Source of the DNA: an uncultured cyanobacterium
Lineage (GTDB): Bacteria; Cyanobacteriota; Cyanobacteriia; Cyanobacteriales; Cyanobacteriaceae
Length of the DNA stretch: 64,000 nucleotides
NCBI GenBank assembly: GCA_963749915.1
Contig: CAVVOP010000032.1
Location: 1-64,000, forward strand
Direction: 5' to 3'
In this document: positions 48,700-57,407 of the stretch, in pieces
How positions within the stretch are numbered: the first letter of the stretch is position 1
Layout: each line of letters starts with the position of its first letter
The notes under the pieces: model-generated
The model's input: the letters and a program-made list of their open reading frames with translations, nothing else
Database searches by the model: none
What the model was told of the DNA's origin: nothing
Program-made: the position numbers and the translations under genes

Positions 48700-49974
48700 A
48701 TGACCTCTCAGGACTTAACCATCACCGCACCGGCCCTAGGAGAAGCGATTGATCGCCATCCTCTCATAGTTACTGCCGACACCTTACTCACAGAAACCCT
48801 CGGTTTGATGAGTCAAGTTCAAAACCTGAGGTGTTCCCTGCCCAATTTCCCCAGTTCTGCCCCAGAAAATAGCTTCAGCCCCACCGCTGCTAACTGTGTT
48901 TTAATCATGAAAGGAGAGGAATTACAGGGGATTTTTACCGAGCGAGATTTGGTGCGGCTGATTGCGTCCAACTTGAATTTCGAGGGAGTAACCATGGGAC
49001 AAGTGATGACTCAGCCAGTGGTTACCCTCCAAGAAGCCAATTTTCGGGATATCTTTGCAGTGCTGTTTCTCTTCCGTCGCTATCGGATTCGGCATCTGCC
49101 GATTGTCGGGGCACAGGGGCAGTTGATGGGGGTAGTTTCTCCGGAAAGTCTCCGTGCTTGTCTGCGGCCGAGTAACTTGCTCAAGTTGCGGCGGGTCTCT
49201 GAGGTGATTAATTCCCAGGTGATTCAGGGGGGCTTGAGCGACAAGGTGATCGATTTAGCGAGGTTAATGGCGGAAGCTCAGGTCAGTTGTGTCGTAATTG
49301 TGGAAGAGCTTCCCCAAGAGCCCAGCCTCCCGGTGGGGATTATTACGGAGAGGGATCTCTTGCAGTTTCAAGCACTAGGTCTGGATCTGGGGAAAGTTCG
49401 AGCTGAGGCGGTAATGAGTACCCCCTTATTTCTCCTCAACCCAGAAGATTCCTTATGGATTGCTCATCAAGAGATGCAGCGACGGCGGGTGCGGCGGCTG
49501 GTGGTGTCTTGGAATTGGGGGCAGGGACTAGGTCTCGTGACTCAGACTAGCTTGCTACGGGTCTTTGATCCCATAGAAATGTATGGGGTAATCGAAACTT
49601 TACAACACACTGTGCAGCAACTAGAAGCGGAAAAAATCGATAGTTCTGCTCGCCCAGCTAGTGATTTTAACCAAGTCAAATTAGGACTGAGTAATCAATC
49701 TGGGCAGCTCATGGAGTCGAAAGGCAAAAGTGATAGTCAGGAAGAGGGGGAAAACCCCCGACACAAAGCCCCCGCTCCCTTTCTCCAGAATCGTTCTTCT
49801 CGGCCGCAGCAGCCTGAGATAGAATCTGGGCTCTGTGCTCTGCAAACTAAACTCGCTCTTCTGGCAAATGAACCACAGATGCCCCAGGTAAAAAAAGAGC
49901 AATTACTTTCTTTGGCGATCGCCGATGTGGAGGAATTAAAGAAGCTCTGGCAGAAAAATAGCTCTGTAATCTGA
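48700..49974 (+). CDS. Stand-alone multi-CBS domain protein
   Basis: GIFTERDLVRL, IRHLPIV, GIITERDLL, RVRRLVV; low-complexity C-tail and no output domain. Confidence 0.85.
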   Translation: MTSQDLTITAPALGEAIDRHPLIVTADTLLTETLGLMSQVQNLRCSLPNFPSSAPENSFSPTAANCVLIMKGEELQGIFTERDLVRLIASNLNFEGVTMGQVMTQPVVTLQEANFRDIFAVLFLFRRYRIRHLPIVGAQGQLMGVVSPESLRACLRPSNLLKLRRVSEVINSQVIQGGLSDKVIDLARLMAEAQVSCVVIVEELPQEPSLPVGIITERDLLQFQALGLDLGKVRAEAVMSTPLFLLNPEDSLWIAHQEMQRRRVRRLVVSWNWGQGLGLVTQTSLLRVFDPIEMYGVIETLQHTVQQLEAEKIDSSARPASDFNQVKLGLSNQSGQLMESKGKSDSQEEGENPRHKAPAPFLQNRSSRPQQPEIESGLCALQTKLALLANEPQMPQVKKEQLLSLAIADVEELKKLWQKNSSVI

Positions 49975-50119
49975 CAACTCTATCATGAGAACGATCCATA
50001 CATTAACAGTTTCGGAAAGACTTGCGAAAAGCGGGATCTAACCTTCTACCGAAAAGATAATTTTAAGAATATTCGAAGGTTATTGCTAAGATAAAAATAA
50101 AGCATTTTAGGATAAAAAT

Positions 50120-50455
50120 ATGAGTCAAATTATCGAAGTTAACTTAATTGATGTCTTAAATAAAATCGATAATAAAATTGACAAACTGGAAAACAAAATT
50201 GATAAGCTCGATCATGAAATACAAACTACTCGAAAAGAATTAGGTGATAAGACTAATCAAGTTCAAATTGACATTGAAAAAGTCAAAAGTCAAAATGAAC
50301 AAGTAGTTAAACGACTGGATATGGTGGATAAAGGTTTTGATGAAGTTAATACTCGCTTAAATACTTTAACTTTGGGCTTTTTAGGTATTGTGGGGGTATT
50401 GGTGGCAGGTTTATTGACTATTCTGGGCAAAATCACTTTTTTTCCAAATTTGTAA
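50120..50455 (+). CDS. Small coiled-coil protein with C-terminal TM helix
   Basis: NKID repeats followed by GFLGIVGVLVAGLL. Confidence 0.7.
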   Translation: MSQIIEVNLIDVLNKIDNKIDKLENKIDKLDHEIQTTRKELGDKTNQVQIDIEKVKSQNEQVVKRLDMVDKGFDEVNTRLNTLTLGFLGIVGVLVAGLLTILGKITFFPNL

Positions 50456-50484
50456 GGTGCGTTAGGTTTTGCAAACACACCCTA
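50452..50484. repeat. Degenerate REP-like palindrome
   Basis: GTAAGGTGCGTT...AAACACACCCTA resembles GTAGGGTGCGTT...AACGCACCCTAC. Confidence 0.4.
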
Positions 50485-50502
50485 GGAAACTCTTCTTTTT
50501 AT

Positions 50503-51837
50503 TTAATTGCTCATGGCAAGATTATCCCATTGATTGGCGGCATCGGTGACGGCTTGTTCAATGGTTTTTTCTTTTAACATCGCACTTTGAATATTTTCAT
50601 AGATAAATTTTTTCAGTTGATTAATATTTTTTATCGGTGGAATTAATACTTCTGCAGTGTCTAATTGCATGGCACTTATTTTTCTTGCTTCTGTTACGAT
50701 ATCTTTATTTGTATCTTGCTCTAAGTTACTTATATATTTTGCGATCGCATCGTTATGGGAAGGTAACACATTTGCCTGTTGTGCAAAGTTTAATTGATTA
50801 TCACCATTGGTGACAAATAAGGCATAATTAACCGCTTCCTCCGATTTATCAGTATCTTTGGGAATAACTAAATTCATTACAGAAACACTTCTTTTGTTAG
50901 TTTTACCCGTAATTTGGGGGGCGACACCCGATTGTTGATAAATTGTGGGTGCATTATTGGAAATAGTTCTTAAAAATTCTGCCCCTGTCCCTAAAACAGA
51001 CAATTCCCCTGCTTGGTACAATTCTACGCCATGACGATGACCTTGGGTCATGATTTCTGGTGGTAGTAGGTCTTTTTGGTATAAATCCACCCAGAAACGG
51101 AATACTTCCATGCCTTCGGGAGTATTGAAAGCAGCTTTTCCTCGATCATCGACTAAATTAACTCCCATTTGAACAAAAGACTGTAACACCTCATTAGAGT
51201 CATTTGCTACAAGTGGCACGAAAAAAGCATATTTTCCCGTTTTACTCTTAATTTTCTCGGCAACTATCCCTAATTCTTCATAGGTAGCAGGAGGTTTTTC
51301 GATACCTGCATTTTTGAATAACTCCTGATTATAAACTGTAACGGTAGTTGTTAAATACCAAGGAATGCCAAAAGTAGTAGTCTCACACTGATTAGGTGCT
51401 TCACAAAGTTCAATTTTATTGGCTTCCCAAATTTTTGGTAAATATTGGGCTTTAATTTCTGGGGTAATTGCTGTATCTAAATTTAACCATGCTTTACGAC
51501 TAGCTAATTGTGCCGCAAAATCAGGGTTAAGGTTTACCACATCGGGGGCATTTTTAGCCGATACCGCCGTTAAAATTTTACTTTCCATGGCATTCCAAGG
51601 CACATCAACCCAACGAATTTTCCTCTCAGGATTTTTACTTTCAAAAGTTTGATTTAATTCCGTAAAAAACGGGGTAAATTGGGGTTGTAATTGCATAGTC
51701 CAAAACTCAATTTCTACGTTAGAAGTCGCTTTTGGAGTGGTGCAACTCACCAGTAAAGTTATTAGTAAACCAGAAACAAACCAAAGGGTATAAGCCACTA
51801 AATTATGTTTACCCTTATACCATGACCAAAAAAACAT
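50503..51837 (-). CDS. Sugar ABC transporter substrate-binding lipoprotein
   Basis: LVSC lipobox, EFWTMQLQPQF, APDVVNLNP, GIPWY. Confidence 0.88.
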   Translation of the reverse strand: MFFWSWYKGKHNLVAYTLWFVSGLLITLLVSCTTPKATSNVEIEFWTMQLQPQFTPFFTELNQTFESKNPERKIRWVDVPWNAMESKILTAVSAKNAPDVVNLNPDFAAQLASRKAWLNLDTAITPEIKAQYLPKIWEANKIELCEAPNQCETTTFGIPWYLTTTVTVYNQELFKNAGIEKPPATYEELGIVAEKIKSKTGKYAFFVPLVANDSNEVLQSFVQMGVNLVDDRGKAAFNTPEGMEVFRFWVDLYQKDLLPPEIMTQGHRHGVELYQAGELSVLGTGAEFLRTISNNAPTIYQQSGVAPQITGKTNKRSVSVMNLVIPKDTDKSEEAVNYALFVTNGDNQLNFAQQANVLPSHNDAIAKYISNLEQDTNKDIVTEARKISAMQLDTAEVLIPPIKNINQLKKFIYENIQSAMLKEKTIEQAVTDAANQWDNLAMSN

Positions 51838-52137
51838 TTATTAATATTCCTCAATAATGTGTAATTAAATTTGTAATTAATTGGCAAATCTCGCCAAACT
51901 TAGCGAAACGCCACTGATCTCGACAAAATTCTGAACTTCGAACTGATTAAAAGTAAACGAACTCATGTTAAATATTTTTTGATAACTTGTTAACTATGAT
52001 TTACACTAAATGATATTAGATTATAGTTTATTTATTATGTCAAAATCGAGGTGATAATCTGTTAAATTATACGATATGATCAGTCCATAAAATTATTTAT
52101 CTTACGTCCGTAAATATACGTAAAAAGGGTTAAGAAA

Positions 52138-53250
52138 ATGTTGAGTTTTTTAGAAAATTTGACGGGGGGAAAAAGTAGCGGAGTGGGGATAGAAATTAAT
52201 CCCGACAGAATTGCTTTAGTCCAACTGACCAAAAAAGGGTCACAATATAAACTTTTAAAATACCATGCCATCGATGTTCCCGAAGACATATTCGAGGAAG
52301 GGCAAATTGTCGATTCCCCTGGATTGGCGGAATTAATCGATCAATTGTTAAAAGAAGCCAAAGTTAAGCCTAAACAAATCGCTACGGCAGTGCCCATGAG
52401 GGAGTCCATTATTCGGATTATCCCCATTCCTGCGGAGTTGAATGATCAAGAATTACGGGATATGGTGTTAAACCACGAGGCTAGTCTTTATCTTCCTTAT
52501 CCTAGGGAAGAAGTCGATCTCGACTATCGAAAACTAGGTTATTTTGTGGATGATGATGGCATTGAAAAAGTACAGGTTTTATTAGTGGCAACCCGTCGAG
52601 AAGTTACTGATTTATACCTAGAGACTTTCCAACAGGCCGGATTAAAGGTTAATGTCCTAGAAATTAATAGTTTTGCCTTAATTAGAACGATCAAAGAACA
52701 ATTAAAACAGTTTTCTTCTAGTGAGGCAATAGTGTTAGTGGATATTGAATTTGATACTACGGAAATCGCTATTATCGTGGAAGGTGTACCTCAATTTTCT
52801 CGTACTATTCCCATTGGTACTTATCAAATGCAAACGGCTTTAGCCCAAGCTATGAATTTACCCACCTCGAAAAATACCGAATTGTTACAAGAGATCACCA
52901 TTCCCAATAATCCCGAACGAACAACCACTAATACCACTAGCAGTCAAACATGGATTAACCCGGGAATGGATTCTCTTTTAAGGGTTTTAGGCGAATTAGT
53001 GGATGAGTTGCGACGATCGATTAATTTCTATTTGGGCCAAAGTGGGGATGTTGAAGTCGTACAATTACTCCTAGCCGGACCTGGTGCAGGATTGTCTCAA
53101 ATTGACGAGTATTTCACTAAAAAATTGAGTCTTCCCACCACACAAATTGACCCTATTTCTGCTTTATCTTTAACTTTTAAAGAGGAGTTATCTATCATGC
53201 AACGGGCGGGATTAGGTACGGTAATTGGTTTGGGTATGAGGATGAGTTAG
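52138..53250 (+). CDS. pilM: Type IV pilus assembly protein PilM
   Basis: VGIEI, VQVLLVATRRE, ELRRSINFY, LAGPG; first gene of the MNOQ operon. Confidence 0.93.
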   Translation: MLSFLENLTGGKSSGVGIEINPDRIALVQLTKKGSQYKLLKYHAIDVPEDIFEEGQIVDSPGLAELIDQLLKEAKVKPKQIATAVPMRESIIRIIPIPAELNDQELRDMVLNHEASLYLPYPREEVDLDYRKLGYFVDDDGIEKVQVLLVATRREVTDLYLETFQQAGLKVNVLEINSFALIRTIKEQLKQFSSSEAIVLVDIEFDTTEIAIIVEGVPQFSRTIPIGTYQMQTALAQAMNLPTSKNTELLQEITIPNNPERTTTNTTSSQTWINPGMDSLLRVLGELVDELRRSINFYLGQSGDVEVVQLLLAGPGAGLSQIDEYFTKKLSLPTTQIDPISALSLTFKEELSIMQRAGLGTVIGLGMRMS

Positions 53251-53252
53251 CT

Positions 53253-54074
53253 ATGTACGATATTGATATTAATTTTTTAAAAGATCGCAAATTAGATACC
53301 GTTGGCAGTCCTACAGTATTTAAGAAAACGACTTCTAAGAACGTTGAATTACCTATTCTTATCGGTGCTGGGGTTGCTATTGTTTTTCTTGCCACTACGG
53401 GGGGTGCTTTATTATTCTTAAATAATCAAAAAGCTAGCACTAATAAAACGATCGCCCAACTAGATGAAGAAATTCAGCGTTTGCAGGGGAAAAATGTACG
53501 AGTAAAGCAAATCCAAACAGAAATTGACGGTATTAGTCAGGAAATTGGCATTCTCGTTAGTGTATTCAATGAGATTAAACCCTGGTCGTCCATGTTAGCC
53601 GAAATTGGTACTGTCACCCCCCCTAATGTGCAAATACAGGCGATAACTCAGTCCGATAAAACTTTAACCATCAACGGTTATGGTAATTCCTATGACAACG
53701 TCAATGATTTTTTGTTAACCCTGAAAAATTCTCCTTTTCTCGATCCCGAAGCTACTAGCATTGTGACCACCACCATTGCACCAAATCCCGGCAAAGTGGC
53801 TTTTAATCGTGCACAATTATCGGGACTGGAAACGACAGAAGAAGGCAAGAATAATTCCGAGAATATAACTTTACCGCCTGTAGTTTTATACACTATCAAC
53901 ACCAAGATTAATGATCAATCAGCACAAGTATTGCTAAATCAACTTAGTCGTAGAGGTGCCATTGGTCTAGTATCGAGGATAACTAATCTACAAAGAAAAG
54001 GAGCTTTAAAGTTACAAGAGGTAGCAATAACAGCACAACCAGAAAAACCAACCGAAGGAGGGGCTGAACAATGA
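53253..54074 (+). CDS. pilN: Type IV pilus assembly protein PilN
   Basis: INFLKDR, TM helix, VNDFLLTLKNSPF. Confidence 0.88.
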   Translation: MYDIDINFLKDRKLDTVGSPTVFKKTTSKNVELPILIGAGVAIVFLATTGGALLFLNNQKASTNKTIAQLDEEIQRLQGKNVRVKQIQTEIDGISQEIGILVSVFNEIKPWSSMLAEIGTVTPPNVQIQAITQSDKTLTINGYGNSYDNVNDFLLTLKNSPFLDPEATSIVTTTIAPNPGKVAFNRAQLSGLETTEEGKNNSENITLPPVVLYTINTKINDQSAQVLLNQLSRRGAIGLVSRITNLQRKGALKLQEVAITAQPEKPTEGGAEQ

Positions 54075-54817
54075 CAACATCTTTTACCACTACTGACCAA
54101 TTTGATTCCCAAGAGGAGGATTTTGGTACGGGTGATTATCCAGAAGTCTTTGGTATCGCTTTTACCCCAAAGGTAACAGGCATTGCCATAGGAGTTGGTG
54201 GTTTATTGATCGCTGGTTATTTATTTTGGTCTTATGTACTTCCCATATGGAATGAATTATCCCAACTCAATAACCAAAAGCAAGAAAAACAATCCCAACT
54301 AGAACAACTCAGTTCCAATGAACTAGATCAGATTATCGCCAATAAAGAAAACGAATTGACACAAATCAAGGATCTGAAAGAAGATGTACTGAAACTCTTT
54401 GCTACAGATCAGGCACTAGATACTTTATTGTTGGATGTGAATAGTTTTACGAACTTTAGTAAGATCAAAATGAATTCTTTTGTGCCAACCCCTGAGCGGG
54501 AAATCGTCGCCGATGAGTCTTTTGGTAGTCTAGCTACTAATAATTTACAGGTTAAAACTTACAGTCTCGATTTAGAAGGTAATTTTAGTCAGTTACAGCT
54601 ATTTTTGCAAGATTTAGAAAGATTACAACCCTTGTTAGTCGTCAAAAATCTGAACACTTCGACTATTAACCCACCACAATATTTATTGGAAAATAATCGG
54701 TTAGTTACCATTGGGCAACCGAAATTAAAAACCAGTATTACTTTACAAGCAGTATTTCCCCAGTTACAAGCGGCAGAAGCACCGCCTCCGGCTGAGGGAG
54801 AAAAACCGGCTCAATAA
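54071..54817 (+). CDS. pilO: Type IV pilus assembly protein PilO
   Basis: FGIAFTP + TM + coiled coil, LERLQPLLVV. Confidence 0.82.
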   Translation: MTTSFTTTDQFDSQEEDFGTGDYPEVFGIAFTPKVTGIAIGVGGLLIAGYLFWSYVLPIWNELSQLNNQKQEKQSQLEQLSSNELDQIIANKENELTQIKDLKEDVLKLFATDQALDTLLLDVNSFTNFSKIKMNSFVPTPEREIVADESFGSLATNNLQVKTYSLDLEGNFSQLQLFLQDLERLQPLLVVKNLNTSTINPPQYLLENNRLVTIGQPKLKTSITLQAVFPQLQAAEAPPPAEGEKPAQ

Positions 54818-54899
54818 AGATCGAGTTTTTTATGGTCAAAATAATTTCATAATTCTATGTCTATTCATTAAAATTTAAGTGTGTGTAGGAGTTAAATCA

Positions 54900-57095
54900 A
54901 TGATCAAATTTTCTATTAATCAAATCAAGTTTTTGAGTAGTACTGTCGTTGTTCTTCTCAGTTGGCAGTCCTTGGCGATGGCAAATCCCAGTATCAATAA
55001 AAAATTGACTTTTAAAAAACAACCCAATTGGATCGCCCAATCTTTTCCTTCTAATGAAGGGGAAGTACTAGTGCCTAATCCCAGTATTAAAATTGACGGT
55101 CAACCTGTTGATGCGTCTCAACCGGCACCCCCACCATTTTTGCCGAGGGCGGTTGCCCCCCCAGTGGGAGATATGTCGGTATCTAATGTTAATAATGGTT
55201 CTCCTACTATTAACTTAGGTACCAATGTTACAGTTCCCCGTTTAGTGCTAAGAGACGCCCCAGCAACGGAGGTATTAGCATTATTGGGTCGTGCAGCCGG
55301 ATTTAACATTATTTTTACGGATAAAAATAGCGAAGGAGAGACAAATACCGTCTCCTTAGATTTAGAAAATGAGCCAGTGCAAGATGTGTTTAACAGTGTG
55401 TTGATGATTTCGGGTTTAAAAGCCAGTCTTCAAGGTAGAACTATTTTTGTAGGCAGTAAGTTACCGCCTACAGTCAAAAATGCCATTACTCGCAGTGTTC
55501 GCTTAAATCAATATGATGCCCTTGATGCACTTTTTTTCCTTCATAGTCAAGGGGCCCAGGGAAATTTTATCGAAGTAGAAATAGAAGAAAAAGATGGTAT
55601 TCCTAAAAAAACATATACGGTTACACCTCTTCCAGATCAAGAACTAGCAGGAGAACAGTTAGTGCTTCAAGGTTTAACAGTTCATGTGGATCCTGTCCAC
55701 GATACTGTAACTTTAGTCGGTGAACCTTATTTAGTACAAACAGCAACCTCTTTCTTGACCCAATTAGATGCCCGTCGTCGTCAAGTAGCTGTTAACGTTA
55801 AAGTTGTTGATGTGCAATTAAATCAAGCCGACAGTTTTGGTTCTAGTTTCTCTTTTGGTATCGATAACACAGGAGTTGTCCAAGATGGTGGTGTCGGTGT
55901 AATTAATTTTGGGACGAATAATCAAAATGTAGATCCTCAACAGTGGCGAACAGATAGCGATGGTAATTTAATTCCCGCTTACGATGAACAAATAGTCGAG
56001 AGAGAAACATTTTCCCGAAATTTAAATAACTCTTTACAAGATAGTATCGAACGTTCTTTGGAAGATACGTTAGATCAGCAAACGGCTAATAATCTCGCTG
56101 ATACTTTAGGACAGAATTTTACTGATACCATTAATCGTACCTTGAGTCAGTTTGGCAATACTAGTACTTTTACACGAGATCAAGTAGAAACAATTACCAG
56201 AGATTTACAAAGAGAACTAACAGACAATACAAACAGAACTTTAACTAACTCTCAAATTAGCAATTTAACTCAAGATATTATTAATAATACTATCGATAAC
56301 GTTGCCCGTACTGTTACCAGAACTTTACAAGGATTACCATTAGCGTCTCCCAATGCTGGACGAATTTCTCCTTTTGGTACCAACGCAGATCCCAGCCAAC
56401 CCGGAAATCCGGCCCAAATTCGTCCTGGAAGAAATTTTAATGTCCCTCAAGCCTTTTTGGCTCAAATCAGGGCCAATGTCAGTTCCGGTAATGCAAAAAT
56501 CTTAACAGATCCGACTTTAGTAGTACAAGAAGGACAAGTTGGTACAGTAGAATTAGTCGAAAATGTTGTAACTAGCGTCAATACTTCCATCGATCAATTA
56601 AGTGGTGTCAGAACGACAACTCCTGTCATTGAACCTGCGGGGTTAACCTTAAATGTAGCCATTCAAAAAATTGATGATAATGGGTTTGTTAATTTACAAG
56701 TAAATCCTTCTATCAGTGCACCAGGTAATCCTCAAATTTTCCGTAGCGGTGTTGGTGCTGATAACGTGATTACTCCTCTGGTGGAGAGAACCGTATCTTC
56801 CGGGCTGGTTCGTTTACGAGATGGACAAACTTTGATCTTATCGGGGATTATCTCTGACGTTGAAAGGACACAGATTTCTAAAGTGCCGATTTTAGGTGAT
56901 TTGCCCATTATTGGTAGTTTATTCCGTTCTACCTTCAAAGATAAAACTCGCTCGGAAGTAATCGTAATGCTCACACCTCAGGTTATCGACGATTCCGAGG
57001 GTTATAGCGGTTTTGGTTATAATTACACTCCTTCTCGTGAAACGGGTAAATATCTCCGCGATCGTGGTTTAAATGTGCCGACCAGCCCTTATTAA
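54900..57095 (+). CDS. pilQ: Type IV pilus secretin PilQ
   Basis: AVAPPVGD, LDARRRQVAVNVK, AKILTDPTL, LRDGQTLILSG, KVPILGDLPIIGSLFR. Confidence 0.92.
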   Translation: MIKFSINQIKFLSSTVVVLLSWQSLAMANPSINKKLTFKKQPNWIAQSFPSNEGEVLVPNPSIKIDGQPVDASQPAPPPFLPRAVAPPVGDMSVSNVNNGSPTINLGTNVTVPRLVLRDAPATEVLALLGRAAGFNIIFTDKNSEGETNTVSLDLENEPVQDVFNSVLMISGLKASLQGRTIFVGSKLPPTVKNAITRSVRLNQYDALDALFFLHSQGAQGNFIEVEIEEKDGIPKKTYTVTPLPDQELAGEQLVLQGLTVHVDPVHDTVTLVGEPYLVQTATSFLTQLDARRRQVAVNVKVVDVQLNQADSFGSSFSFGIDNTGVVQDGGVGVINFGTNNQNVDPQQWRTDSDGNLIPAYDEQIVERETFSRNLNNSLQDSIERSLEDTLDQQTANNLADTLGQNFTDTINRTLSQFGNTSTFTRDQVETITRDLQRELTDNTNRTLTNSQISNLTQDIINNTIDNVARTVTRTLQGLPLASPNAGRISPFGTNADPSQPGNPAQIRPGRNFNVPQAFLAQIRANVSSGNAKILTDPTLVVQEGQVGTVELVENVVTSVNTSIDQLSGVRTTTPVIEPAGLTLNVAIQKIDDNGFVNLQVNPSISAPGNPQIFRSGVGADNVITPLVERTVSSGLVRLRDGQTLILSGIISDVERTQISKVPILGDLPIIGSLFRSTFKDKTRSEVIVMLTPQVIDDSEGYSGFGYNYTPSRETGKYLRDRGLNVPTSPY

Positions 57096-57239
57096 GGGGG
57101 GAAAGAAGATTAGGATACTAGAACACGCCTCCTAAATTCCCTAAGGAGTGAGGAACTTAATATTAGTCTATTATTTTGAAAATATCTCTTTTGTTTCGCT
57201 GTAAGCTTCAGAGATATTTTTTTTGTCCCTAAAAGCTGT

Positions 57240-57407
57240 GGGGGAAATTCAAAATTCGAAATTCAAAATTCAGAACAAAAATTTGGGCTAATTTATTTCC
57301 TTCTGCCTTCTGCCCCCTGCCCTCTGCCTCCTGCCCTCTGCCTCCTGCCTTCTGCCTTACCCTCGACCACATTGATATTTTCCAAAACCCTCGCAGTATT
57401 GACCCCC
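57240..57407 (-). mobile_element. 168-bp repeat element inserted in the 3' end of the RND gene
   Basis: GGGGG/CCCCC ends; 5-bp TSD GCTGT (57235-57239, 57408-57412); internal GGCAGRR and GAATTTT heptamer arrays. Confidence 0.8.

Noticed and set aside
57181..57218. AATATCTCT...AGAGATATT hairpin as a dedicated terminator
   Set aside because: It has a weak AT-rich stem and lies in the reconstructed ancestral RND coding tail
57241..57360. Possible CRISPR array
   Set aside because: Tandem 7-mers with no unique spacers and no cas genes
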